DNA of 64,000 nucleotides from Podarcis gaigeae (Eukaryota): NCBI GenBank assembly GCA_964106915.2, contig OZ066928.1; one strand, 5' to 3'. Shown piece by piece: positions 1 to 12,385 of this stretch (position 1 is its first letter; each line of letters starts with the position of its first letter). The notes under the pieces were generated by a model. It saw only the letters and a program-made list of their open reading frames with translations, ran no database searches and was not told where the DNA came from. The position numbers and the translations under genes were made by a program.

Positions 1-139
1 GAGCACATATTCTTGCAAACAGAGCTCCCATTTATTTGAATGGAGATTGAATGGAAGGTATTACCAGAAGTGTGTGTTCAAGTAATCATACTTTTTGAGG
101 CTGTTTTTTTTAAAGCTTGTTTTATTTATAATGTTAAGG

Positions 140-425
140 TCCAACGCCGAGGGCCTTCTGGCGGTTCCCTCATTGTGAGAAGCAAAGCTACAGGGAACCA
201 GGCAGAGGGCCTTCTCGGTAGTGGCGCCCGCCCTGTGGAACACCCTCCCACCAGATGTCAAAACAACTACCTGACATTCAGAAGACATCTTAAGGCAGCC
301 CTGTTCAGGGAAGTTTTTAATGTGTGATATTTTAGTGTATATTTGGTTTCTATGGAAGCCGCCCAGAGTGGCTGGGGAAACTCAGCCAGATGGGCGGGGT
401 ACAAATAATAAATTATTATTATTAA
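140..425 (+). mobile_element. L2-clade LINE 3' end
   Basis: Encodes RAFSVVAPALWNTLP and FRRHLKAALFREVF, typical of the L2 ORF2 C-terminus, followed by a GCCGCCC...GGGCGG stem-loop and a (TTA)n tail. Confidence 0.8.
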
Positions 426-3405
426 GGTATAAACCTTTTATTTATCATTTATGCATTTAAAGTATTTATAAAACCAAGAAATGCAAACAAAACAAATCTT
501 TGGGAAACTGTGCCTAGGTACATATTAGCGGCTTAAAATGGAGTGAGGCTGTTTTCCCCAATGCATTTTAAGTTGCATTGGCACATTGTTGTACAAACCA
601 GAGATGGAGCAGGAATATCTTTATCTGTTGTGCATTACCGTACTTGCTTTGTTTCCCCATTCCTGCAACCTTCCCAACTCCTATTTGTGAAGCCATCATC
701 TGTCCATGCACTATCATCTAAACATGTGTAATGGCAGTCTCATATGTACACAACTCAGCTTAATTGTGAAGTAAGTGTGGCTTATATTAACAAATCAGAT
801 GGAAACTGGTTTGAGGGAAAACATATCAAACAGCAGTATTTCTCAAGAAACGACAAGCTAGATATAGATTCTGGTTAATGTCATGTTTACGTAGATTCAA
901 ATACCAGCGGAGGGAGTGCATTAAAGCCAGATTAAATGGTAATGCAGCCTACAGCCTACGTGTTGGATACAATGCATAAGACGGAATAGTTAAACTAAGA
1001 AAATATTAAAGAGGAGGTAAAGAGGAGAGAAAAAATGTATCTCTTTAATACGATGATAGTAAATACATAAGAGTGTGTGTGTCTGTGAGCTCAGTGTGTG
1101 TACAATTTCCAGTGTTGTAGCACATTATTCTTGCTTGCAGATTAATTCTATATTTGCTAATGGCTGTTATTAATGTATTGTAGGGAGTTTATTAGCCCAC
1201 TGAGGATTCCAGAGTCTTCTCATTCTTAACACTGTGTACCATTTAGTCATGAATGCCTGTTAAACTCAAACTGATTTCAACATGTAAATGTTTACAGACT
1301 ATATTTTTAAAACACAAACTCCTTTCTCTAGGAACCTAGAGGCAAGAAGAGCTTATACACACATTCATACATGTACATCCTGCCACAAGTAAGCTGTACA
1401 AAATTTCACCCCATCTTTTTTTAAAAATAGAAGTGATAAGCTGCATTGAAAACATTTTGCAGACAAAGCTTTTTCATCTGGAAGACAGCATGATACATTA
1501 AACAGAATTCTGATACAAAAACATCATTACTCCTATGCCTGTGTTCAATCTGATCCAAAAAATAAACCTGTTGATAAGATAAACAAGGTTTGCAGCAGCA
1601 AAAAGGCCAGAACTGATTTGATTTTTCTAGCTGCTGTCCAACATGATGAAATGGGGAGAGATTTTGCAGCATGTTTCCCCCAGCAGAAATCTACTCCATG
1701 GTATTTTGTGCAGTCCTGGTGTGGATTCCAGAAGAAGAGAGGTGGAAGACACAGGAGTGGCAAATGCATTTTTATCTCTAAGACTGAGCTCTGAAAACAC
1801 CAGTTCTACAAGTTTTCAGAGTGGCTCATGATTGGATGGGTAAATGCTGGCTTTAGAATGTACATATTGGTTAGTACCTGTGATGCCACCGACATACCAC
1901 TCTCCTGTGATCCATAGATAATTTTTCAGTTTTAAAAATTAAATGTGCACCGCTTTTAAAACAAGCTTGTGTACTGCTTAAAAACAAACAAACAGACTGC
2001 CTGGTGCATATGGTAGGAGGTGAGATTGTGGGATGAAATGGGCACTCATCTGGCTCATTGGTATGTATGTCAGAATAGTTTATGAGTCACATCAGAAAGT
2101 AAAAACCTACTATAAGCAGCAGCAGCACTTGTGATAAGGAGGATTTACAGAGCCACCCTCCCCACACCAACACTGAAAAATTACAATAACAAAATTTAGC
2201 AGAGGTGTCAACCAAGAGATTTGTCTGCTGTGCCAGCTTAACTGCAGTATACTGCTCTTTCTTGATGGAATCCATTAATTTTTCCATTCACACAATATCA
2301 TGGGATCTCAATATGTTTCCAGTGTTCAATCCAAACATTTTTTTAGTAGAAATTAAGAAATTAATTTTCTGACTTTGGGGCTATTGGTGATGAAGCTACA
2401 TGAAGAAGCACTAATAAAGGATGAAACCCTAAGGTGTGCCCTACAATTTGTGAGATTATGTCTAATATTTGCTGGAGCACATGGCCTAATCACTTCCACA
2501 AACAAGGGAACTGCAATTAAGCTTGGCTTCCTGCGATACCCGACTCTGGGATCCTAGTTTGTTGCTTCCTAACAAATCAGGTTCATAAACTAACAGTAAA
2601 CCATAGTTTAGGCTGGCTAGTAATCCTGGGATCGTGTATTTAGACATTATAGGAAGTTACATTTATTTGTTGTTTCCTGATTTGTTTCTCTTATTTTCTC
2701 TAGGAGAGGAGCAAAGCACACCTGATTAGGCAGCATGCCCTAGTATGCTACTTGTTCAATATAAACCATGATATGTCAGAAAACTTGGCTTATCCCAACA
2801 TGTGACTGCAGACAGTGTCATCCCTTCCTTCTGGATTATGGAAGTACTGCTACCTTTGTGAAGTTTGTTGTCACACATCTCCAACTATCAGGCAACAGTC
2901 ACAAGGCAATTCTTATATTTTTATTCTGCTTTGCACTATGAATATTAGAAGATGATTACAATTTTATCCTGCCTTTTCCTGAAGGAGCACATCCACCATA
3001 TGATGAACCATCTACTCTACTTAAATTTTTAAGAAGATATAATTGCACAGAATTCAGAAGTGGTCTTCTGAATTTAGTCTGTGGGCCTCATTCATGAATT
3101 CTTCAATTTAAGTGCATGGGGCTGTAATGCAACAAGTAGGCCTATCTGGTTTTTATTTTAAGTTTTCACAAAACGGTCTCATTTTGGAAATGAGGTTAGA
3201 TCTTATAGACAAGTTCCATCTGGGGTTTCACTCAAACCCCTGACAATATCATTACTGTTTAAATATCATTTTTTAAAACAACAAAAACAAAAATCTAAGT
3301 ATATCCCTGCCAGGAGCACCTTTTAAAAAACCCTTTTATTCAAGTCTGAGGCTAGGCCATCTTTTCCATGAATTCAACTGGGCCAAAGGAAAGGATGCTA
3401 CGTAC

Positions 3406-3499
3406 TTGTAGTTGTCGTCTTCCACAAACTTTTGAAGCTCTTCAATGTACCGGACAGACTTTAAGTATTTTTGCACATGGGGTAACGTTATAAGGTGAT
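3406..3499 (-). CDS. RALGPS1: RALGPS1 (Ral GEF with PH domain and SH3-binding motif 1) internal coding exon, 94 bp, end of the CDC25/RasGEF domain
   Basis: Minus strand reads ...aaaaaatgcAG|ATCACCTT...AACTACAA|GTacg and translates (D)[30 protein letters not shown](K), which I recognise as RALGPS1. Its phase-1 start matches the phase-1 end of the exon at 5571-5708 (G|AT = Asp). Confidence 0.93.
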
Positions 3500-4206
3500 C
3501 TGCATTTTTTAAAAAAAGCACATATAAATCCCATAACTGTCAAGAACAAAAGCAGTTTCAATCACATGCTTCAAACTTTTATTTCTTTGCACTGTCTATG
3601 CTGAAATATAACACCAAGCTTTCCCACCAAGGACAGATAGATAGGCCAGTGAAACGGAAATTTCCTCACCATGAATTTCTCATCTCAAAAATTTCCAGAG
3701 AGCATTAGACATCTTTAAAATGAAAGATGAGTGCAAGGTGGCACATAACTCAACCCTCTTCTGACTAGAGATATACTCTATACTTGATGCCAAACCCTTC
3801 CCTGCCAAGTTCACTGCAGTCTGATTCTCCACACTGCACTCCTTATGTTCTCTGCCTGTCCTGTGGAGAGGGAAGCCTGTAGGAATCAAAAAGTAGCATG
3901 GCAATCATCTGCAATGTGGGAGAGACTGAAACTTCCTCCATCTCTGTCACAAAAGGGATGGATCAAGAGTTCGAGAACAGCATCATGGACCCAAAACTTG
4001 ATGGAAGCTGTGAAGATATCTCGACAAACTTTCATATCCCTCCTGCTAGTTTTTAAAGGCGAAATATGGCATGCTTGCTCATGAGACTCTTTCTCCCTAT
4101 GAGAATGGTGTTCTTGGAGGCGCGCATTCCTCCAAGGGGCATGGATCTGTTACCAATCGCAGAGGTGGCACCAAGTTCTTGGCAACAGGACAGAGGTCAG
4201 CCCCTC

Positions 4207-4261
4207 TATTATTTATTGAATTTATATACGGCTCTATACCCGAAGGTCTCAGGGCAGTTCA
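4207..4261 (-). mobile_element. L2-type 3' tail fragment
   Basis: Minus strand reads TGAACTGCCCTGAGACCTTCGGGTATAGAGCCGTATATAAATTCAATAAATAA, a stem-loop followed by an AATAA tail. Confidence 0.5.
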
Positions 4262-4268
4262 TCTAGTT

Positions 4269-4705
4269 CAGGGACAGCCAACAGGTAGATCGTGATCTAC
4301 TGGTAGATTGCGGGATGCCTGTGGTAGATCACAGTAGATCGTGGGACCCCTCCCACCCCCTTCAAAAAAAAAATTTGAACAACTTTGGTCAATCCAGTGG
4401 GTAGATCACCGCCAGTTTTTTTTAATTGTGGGAATAGACTGCAGTCTCTTGGAAGTTGGACAAGCCTGTAGTTGTTCAGTCTCCCCTCCTGGCTGGTTGA
4501 CCCATTGTTGGGAACTGCCTTGCATTTCCTGGCTTTTAAACACAAAGGGGAAGAGACTCCACCCTCCCTCTTGGCTGCTCCCTGCTGATGCATCCTTCAC
4601 ACTCTCCTCTTCTTCCTCATCTGACAGCAACCACTACTCCTGCCCTGAGCCAGTCAGGATCTAGTGGATCATGACATATCCTAAACTACCTATGGCTGGG
4701 CTCCT
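4269..4705. mobile_element. hAT-like non-autonomous DNA transposon (decayed)
   Basis: The left end CAGGGACAGCCAACAGGTAG is imperfectly inverted against CTACCTATGGCTGGG at the right end; repeated subterminal GTAGATC motifs. Confidence 0.45.
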
Positions 4706-5570
4706 AGTTGCAGTAACAAGATTCAACAGTTCAGCTCCTTACATTGGGAGATCTGAGTGGCTCCTCCCACTGGAGATGCATTCGAGATTGGCCCTACCTA
4801 CAAGTTCCATTAGAGGTGCCACCTCAAAGAAGTCTAATGCCCTCTGGAGCCTCAGAAAAATCTGATTTCATTGGGCAGAGAATGTACCGTAAGTACTGTA
4901 TTGAGATCAAATCTTCTCTCATTAGGTATGAACACAATAGCTTTTATGGAAATATGTAGTATAAAATGACAATTGGTAGAAAATCACATTTTTTCAGTCT
5001 CCCCTCTAGATCTCTCGTGAATGGATGAAATAAATGGTATATAAATACTGTAAATAATAGAATATAAATAATATTCATAAGGGAAATGGAGGGAGTTTAT
5101 AACACAAAGAGGCACAGCTAGAAAAGACAGAGGACAGGTTGCAAGGGAAACTGCAGCTATAGAACAAGTCTACATGACATTATTTATTATGAGAATTCAA
5201 AAGCCATGCCACTAATTCTGACAGAAAAAGGCAAAGATTTTCTATAAATCAGAGTAGGCCACAAGCTCATAGGAAGCACTGAACCGCTCAAGTGGAATTT
5301 GGCCATAACAAAAATGTAATGCAATTTATGTAAAGTTTGACTGTAATAAAAAGGTAAAGATGGGGTGTATATATTCATGTCTGCAAACTTAAGCTGGGCC
5401 AGAACAACAATCACTTTATCTAATTTCCTAATTTGGCAGAAGCTAAGTGGTTCAGTAGCACAAAGCTTCCTGATCTACATTATCCCTTAAGGCCCCTCTT
5501 TGTATGAGGCAGACATCTGGTGCTAATTTACTATATTAAAGAAATATTGGTGAAGAGGAAAATTACCAAC

Positions 5571-5708
5571 CATAGCTACAGGAGACTTGCAAATCAGCAA
5601 TTATTCGGAGGATATTGTTCATTTGATTGGATCTTTGTTCATTCTCCATGATGCTGCCTGAAGCAGGATATGCCGAATCAATGTAGATTAAATCCAACAA
5701 ATAAATCC
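5571..5708 (-). CDS. RALGPS1: RALGPS1 internal coding exon, 138 bp (RasGEF domain); not in the ORF track
   Basis: Minus strand reads ctttaatttcAG|GGATTTATTTG...TGTAGCTATG|GTtggt and translates (G)[45 protein letters not shown](D). Phase 1 at both ends; joins in frame to the 3406-3499 exon. Confidence 0.93.
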
Positions 5709-7090
5709 CTGAAATTAAAGGAAGGTAGGTTAAATCAGGTGCTTTATAAAGATACAGGGAAACTTGGTTGCAATAAACAAAAAATCAAGGAACCCCTGGC
5801 TATCCACTTGACTAATCTTACTAAAAAACAAATGAGAGCTGAATAAAGAAAAGGCCCACAGAGTTTTCATCCTACTTGGCACAGAGAACCCTCTTCCCTT
5901 ATTCAGTCATTGAAATCTCAGCATGTTCAGGATTGCATGCTACTACGTATTGGCCAAATTTTCTACCACACTGCACCAGTATATTTTCTTGAGTGTTATT
6001 TGATCCAAGGACTGGTATTTAACAAGAAAAGAGAAGTATCGTAGATGCTATGTTTGTAGTACAAAGTGCATACAAAATGCAAGGAATTTAACCATGGAAT
6101 TAGGACTGGCATCAAGCTTGCACATCTGTACCAAGACTAATGTTGATGAATGCTAACCAGGCTAAGCTTTTCAGTAGTTTGGAGCTGTGCATTGCTAATA
6201 TTAACCATGCTCACGACAAACCCTGCTAACATAAACTATGGCCTATGCCAGGATATATGTAACCACGCATCTTGGCTAATGTTGACAAAGAAAGTTGAGG
6301 AGAATTTATAGAGGGGAAAGAAGAGGGATAGAACAGCTCACAGCCAGGTGCCAATAACTTCACTGTGGTCAAGAGGTGGTCTGAATTATGTCTTGACTGG
6401 CCCAGAGGGAACTGAGAGAATAAAGAACTGTAAGGGAAAACAAGCTTATCTACTCTCGCATTCCTCTTGTAATATCATTTCTCAACTTAATTCAATTTCA
6501 AACCTTCATTTTAAAAAGTGAATTAATAGTGATGATGGGAATTGCATACTTCACCTAAACAATGTCCTATCACCACTCCCCAAAAGCAAATCCACATTGA
6601 ATTCTGCTTCCCTTTTCACAACCAAAATGTTTTTCAGTCCTGTCATCACAATTTGATTCTTGGCATCATTTCAGAGCAATCTTATTGTTTGCAGATCTTG
6701 CTTGGTGTAAAATACAGCAAGTGATCATGCTGAGGTTGCATGTTTTCTGTTCTGGGCTAGAAGAGACATTTATTAAGTTTGTGACTCAACAGGAGAAGCC
6801 ACAATTTAATGGGGAAAGTGTTAGTCATTTGTGGGTTCCTGCTCAAAAATGAACGACAAGCATGTTATTATTTTTGCAAGATATATCCAAGAGTCACCAT
6901 CACTTTAAACAGATGACAGAGAATTATGCCTACCTGTGATAACTTGCAAAGGATAAATGAAACATAATAAGGACAGGCGGGAAGAAAGCATGGTTGACTT
7001 GTACTTAGGGAGTCTTCCAGGAAGCTGAATATAGGAATACAAATTAGGATTGCATCTCGGTTGGGTAATTCGGGTCAAAATAGTCATTAA

Positions 7091-7207
7091 GTTAGATCCA
7101 ACTAAGTCCTACTCTGAATAGACCCATTGAGTTTAAAGGGTCTAAGGTTAGCCATGCCCATTAATTTCAATGGGTCTACTCTGATCAGGGCTAGCATTAG
7201 ATACAAC
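7091..7207. repeat. Palindromic MITE-like element (related copy about 16790-16897)
   Basis: Arms of about 40 bp, GTTAGATCCAACTAAGTCCTACTCTGAATAGACCCATTGA and TCAATGGGTCTACTCTGATCAGGGCTAGCATTAGATACAAC, are imperfect reverse complements. Confidence 0.7.
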
Positions 7208-9319
7208 TTATTGGGTGTTTTTCAACTTTTGTGCACTTTTGAACGTTCCATCTGTGCATGCATTGCAGCTCCCCTCTCCTCCCCCTGCAGGCTATTCTCC
7301 TAACCTGCCCTGAGCCAATTTGGGGGCAAAGGGAGGATGCAGAGGAAACAGAGCAGGAAAGCCCCACTGCACAAGCAGTCCTAGTGCAAGTCTTCCATTG
7401 GTGAGGCGTGTTAGATGAATCCTGCCCATAATATTTCCCCCCATAGTCTTTGATACTGCATGAATTATGTATAATTATTGACTGCATTTTAAATTGTGTT
7501 TTACTATTTTTAACTAAACTGATTTTGAACATTTTTGTGAATGGAGTGTTTCCAGTATTTCTATTGCTGATAGCAACATATACCAAGAAACATTATATTT
7601 GGCTATTTGGTAAAATTATAGCTGCTGAGAACAATCCAACCCCATAACCCTAGTCAGGGAAAAAGTGAGCCTTGGTGAATCTTGCTAGTGACCACTGTCA
7701 CTGAGGGAATAAAGGTACAGCTATTAAAAAGCATGGTCTTAAGAGATCATCACTGAAGTTGCTGCTCTCTCTCGGGGGGGGGGGAGAGTGCAGCATAAAT
7801 TAATTTTGCCTTTGTGTGAATGCTAAGGAATTCATATGAAGCTACCTTATAGCAAGTCAGACCACTGGGACTCACTAGTCTGGTGCCATCTACTTTGAAT
7901 GGCAGTGGCTCTCCATGCTCTGAGACAAAGATCCTTTTAAGTGGAAATGATAGGGACCTTATAGTTGCTCTGCTAGTGGGTTATGGCCACCCACTCATCT
8001 TGACACTTTAGATATTTGGGGATTGTTGAGATGTCTGCATGCACGAAATAAGTGAACAGGATGATGATCAAGAGAAGAATATAGTTATGTTACACCTATG
8101 TTTTCTGTATGGTTCAAAGCAAATGGTGTATTTAAGATGAACAAGAAACTATTGAGTGATGTTTCTAGAGTAGCACATATTCTATAAAGGAGAACAAACA
8201 ATAAATGCTTTGTGTTTGCCAGAGCCATCATTTTTAACTTCACCCCCCTCCCCAAGCTTAGTGATGCACACAACATCTAAGGAGTTCTGTTAGAAGAGGA
8301 ATAAAACCTTAATTTGTGAGTTTCTGGTGAAACTGTACTAGTGTTCACTGGTTCTTGGTGATACAAAATAGAATTCAAAAGCCATGCCACTAATTTTGTT
8401 TGTTCAGGGGAACTCTGAACTTGGCAGGATCCTCTGCCAAATCACCTTCAATCTAAAAGATATTTCAAAATTAGTTCCTGATATTATTGTGTGTGTGTGT
8501 GCACGCAATTCAAAGAAAAGAGAAAAGAATTCCACTTCTATCTATGCAAATCCCTGGCTATGCCTACCTTTCTGAATGTCAACCATACTGCTTGGTACAT
8601 AAGGGAGCCTCCCTCATGCTGGTTTTTGGACTACAGATCCTGTCATCCATGACCATTGGCTGCGGTGGCTGAGACTGAAGTGTGCGTAGTTCAAGATGTC
8701 TGGAGGGCTCACAGCTGGGGGAGGATGCTAGAGGACTGTGAAGATGGGGGAGTTGCATTCATGGTTTGGAGTGGGAACCCAATGAAATTTGATTTGTTTC
8801 TTTTGCTGTCACATGGACTTGCTACCTTTACAATGGTTCACAGGCATAGCAGTACGGGAAAATCTGTTTCAACATAATAGGGTATCTTCAAAAATAAATT
8901 AAAAGATGAATTCTAATAAAACCTTAATGAGCGAAAGTATTAGAAAGAAAGGATGTTCAAGTTACCTACTAGATGCCCTAGGCCAGCCTGACTCATTTAT
9001 TGGTTTTCCATTACCATAGGCAGCTAATATTATTCTGAAAAGTGCCTTTGCAGAAACACAGGAAACTAGTGGGGCAAGGACTCTTGGTGGCTTCTGCCTT
9101 ATAAAAGCAGCACCAAGCCCAATCCTTCCCAAATTGTCCAGGAAAATGTTCCGTGTAGTTTCCTCTCCTTTCCCCACACCTCCTCTTTGTGTTTGTCCAA
9201 AGAAAAACCTCTACGAGTGGAAAGTGGCATGCAGGAAACCATGTAATATAATCTAAAACTGAAGCTTGTTATTTCCACATTTCAAGCTTTGCCGCAAAGT
9301 TCTAACAATTCCATTACAT

Positions 9320-9672
9320 CAGGGGTGGGAAACCTCAAGTCCAGAGCTGAATGTGGCCCTCCAAGCATCTCTATCTGGTCCCCAGGACTCCCCCTCAGGT
9401 CACTTACTGTCCCTGTTTTGTATCTTCCATGCATGTTTCCGCCTGCCTGGAATGTATCTTTGAATACTGATAATGCCTCTTCCTTCCCTGGCTGAGGGAT
9501 AGAGAGAGATCTGTGATGGTATGTAGACACTAGACTACTGTACAAAGGTAAAATGTACACTAGTTGCTCCAACATCATTTACTTCTGAACCACTTGTGAC
9601 TGGCATGTGGCCCCTGGAAGGTTGCCCAGAGTGAAATGCAGCCCATAGGCTGGAAAAGTTTTCTCATTGCTG
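9320..9672. mobile_element. hAT-Charlie-like MITE (decayed)
   Basis: Left end CAGGGGTGGGAAACCT; decayed inverted right end AAGTTTTCTCATTGCTG; TGTGGCCC subterminal motifs near both ends. Confidence 0.5.
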
Positions 9673-10406
9673 CCCTACAATATGTTATTTTGCCTATTTT
9701 ATTGAGAGCCTCACAGCTTAAAACACTTTTAATTTGGGAGTGTGGTATTATTTATTAAATAGTTACAGACTTTGACATTTGTACTGCAAAACCATGTTGT
9801 AAAACATTGTTATAAGGTCTTGGGTAATATAACATCTTCATGTTGTTTTCTCCATGCAGTTTGTTGAGATTGTGCCATTCTCTGAAATGGAACTGATTTT
9901 TTTTACTACATAGCTTCATAATTATTATAGTTTCCTGCTAGCTCAAGTTAAAACATTTCTATATAACTCCCTTGTGCTTTCAAGCTCAATTGCTCCTTAT
10001 GGAACATAATACACTGACAACTGTATATGTGAATGAGCAGCATTTGCAAGTGGGCAGTATGCACACAGAGGCAGCTGTTGTCAAATGAAACGTTTAGAAA
10101 ACCCAAACTCTCAATGGATGGAATGACACTACAGCTGCTGAGAAGTCCAACCCCATGGTATTCATACTAGGAAACCTTAGGCAGCTTCACAAAACCTTGT
10201 TTTGTGGATGGTAATCACTGCTTGTTTTGAGATGCTAACTCTTGAGCTTTCTCAGCTATGGAACCTGGTCTTCAGAATTCCATCTCCTGGCTGCTTTTTA
10301 AAAGTTTGTAACAAATTCCTTTTTCTTAAGCTTTTAATCTCTGCACTTACTGATATGACTATGTCTGTTCCTGAATAGTAGGGAACCCTACTGAAAGGGG
10401 TTGGTT

Positions 10407-10544
10407 CATGGGCGTAACCAGGATTTTTTTGGCGGGGGGACACAGAAAGTTGTTAAGGTAAAATTACCCCCAAAATCCCATTGCAGGGGTCAGGCGTCGG
10501 CGGGGATGACAACTGCCCCCCTGCTCTCCTTGGCTATGTCCATG
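10407..10544. mobile_element. Short hAT-like MITE
   Basis: Imperfect TIRs CATGGGCGTAACCAGG and CCTTGGCTATGTCCATG; no clear TSD. Confidence 0.5.
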
Positions 10545-11586
10545 TGGTACTGACAGGAAAGGAGAAAATATCAGAAAATTGGGAAATCCACTCACAGAAG
10601 ATGGCTTCATCTTTTTGTTTTTTGAGAGAGAATGCAGTTATGATTAAATACTTTTTTGTGTTTTCTTGCCCTGCCTTGGAAAAGAACACACCAAGATTTC
10701 AGAAATGAATTGTGCTTGCTCCTAAAGCTACACTTGTGGGGTTTTAAAACATCAAACTATCATGATAAATTCCAAAGACTAAAATAACAGGAACAGCAGC
10801 TGTGAGAGTCAAATGTAAATTCCGTCCCCCTCAGAGCAGCGGCAAGCCATCACAAAATACTGAATAGGGCACATCTCAAGCAAAAAACCTCCAGGCCTGG
10901 ACAATATAGGGAAGCTTTGAAAGGATCATTGATAATAATTAACATATTATTATAACTTAATGCAATAACACATGTAGAAAATAAAAGCACACCACATTTT
11001 GGGGGTGAATAGTTTATGTCAATGTAATCTGCTTATAATTGAACCAAATATAACCCAATATTTTGAATTTTCAAATATTTTTTAAAAATCATTTTCCCAT
11101 CTGGGAAATTGAAATTCATTCCTGCAGATGAATTTTTCTCAGCAAAGTTTTGGGAATGCGACCTACAATCCTAAATGATTTAATTTCACAAGAAATAATA
11201 GGAACCGAAGGAAAGTCAAGCGGCTCAACAGAGTTGTTAAATATTTGAAAAATATATAACATACAATTTACTCAAAATACTTCTTGGAAATATATTCCCT
11301 TCTTTCATGTGAGTCACATTCAACATTCTCCCCACAAGCATGCTTAGAATTGCAACTTTAGGGTAAATTAACACAACCAAATAATTCAGATGGGTTTGTT
11401 TTTCTGTGTTCAACATGTGTATTTGATCATTGTAAAAATCCAATGTGAGTTAGAATCCTATCAGTCTGGATTCTGGAGCACTTCTTTTTCCCCTGGGAAG
11501 GTCCTCCTGCATAAATAGGCTTTTCCTGGCTCTTTTCTCTTGTCCCCCAACACACCAGAATATCTGTCCTCTTCAACCATATAGAA

Positions 11587-11848
11587 CCATATAGGTAAGC
11601 AAACATTTTCAGCGGGGGGGGGGGGGCTGGTACACTGTCCCTCAGACGTTGTGGGGGGCCGGACTATATTTTGAAAAAGAAAGAAAGAACTAATTCCTAT
11701 GCCCCACAAATAACCCAGAGATGCATTTTAAAGAAAAGCACACATTCTACTCATGTAAAAATATGCTGATTCCCGGACCATCCGCAGGCCAGATTGAGAA
11801 GGCGATTGGGCCGCATCAGGCCCCCAGGCCTTGGTTTGCCTACCCATG
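11587..11848. mobile_element. hAT-Charlie-like MITE with 8-bp TSD ATATAGAA
   Basis: ATATAGAA at 11579-11586 and 11849-11856; ends GGTAAGCAAAC and GTTTGCCTACCCATG; a homologous inverted copy lies at 42476-42725. Confidence 0.8.
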
Positions 11849-12385
11849 ATATAGAATGATGGAAGGCACATCTAACTGGGCACCTTTATTGAAGAAGAGT
11901 TGATGCTTGCATTCTAGGTGTCACAGTAACCCTACTGACACAGTGTGAAGTGATACTCTGTCTACATACTAATACTAGAATAATCCCAAGAAAAGCAAAT
12001 GGTGAGTCAGGGAGCAGCCACATCTTTTCATCTAGGATGGAAGCATGTTTTAAAACACAAATCCACAGGTCCATGTAACAAATCATACAGGTTGTTTAAA
12101 CATGCTTAGTCTAGTCCTTTTGGATAGCGGGGTTCAAGATACTCTCTAGCAGCTATTTCATTTTTGGCTGAAAAGGTGTTTTCTGCTGAGAAAATTATTT
12201 CTGAAAGCCATTCTTAATTTGTTTTTTCTTCTCCTCCCAGCATGCAGCACACCTGAGGAAACAGTGACCTTTTTGCAATTTCTGTGAACTCTTAACTGTC
12301 CTTCCAACTGAATGGACATTCATTTTCTTAACTCAACCTAGTGTGTGACGTGGATTAATTTAAGCATGATATTTTGCACTGTTAT

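Noticed and set aside
2545-2815. AACCAT(A/G)GTT-type motif clusters (also about 6150-6400, 41650-41720, 45170-45310, 47370-47930)
   Set aside because: Probably relics of an old palindromic DNA-transposon family, but boundaries could not be defined from the sequence alone.
1-3405. Next RALGPS1 exon (LSLRIEP...) expected downstream on the minus strand
   Set aside because: Not found by eye; the LSLRL at about 1771-1790 is on the wrong strand. The exon probably lies outside the window.
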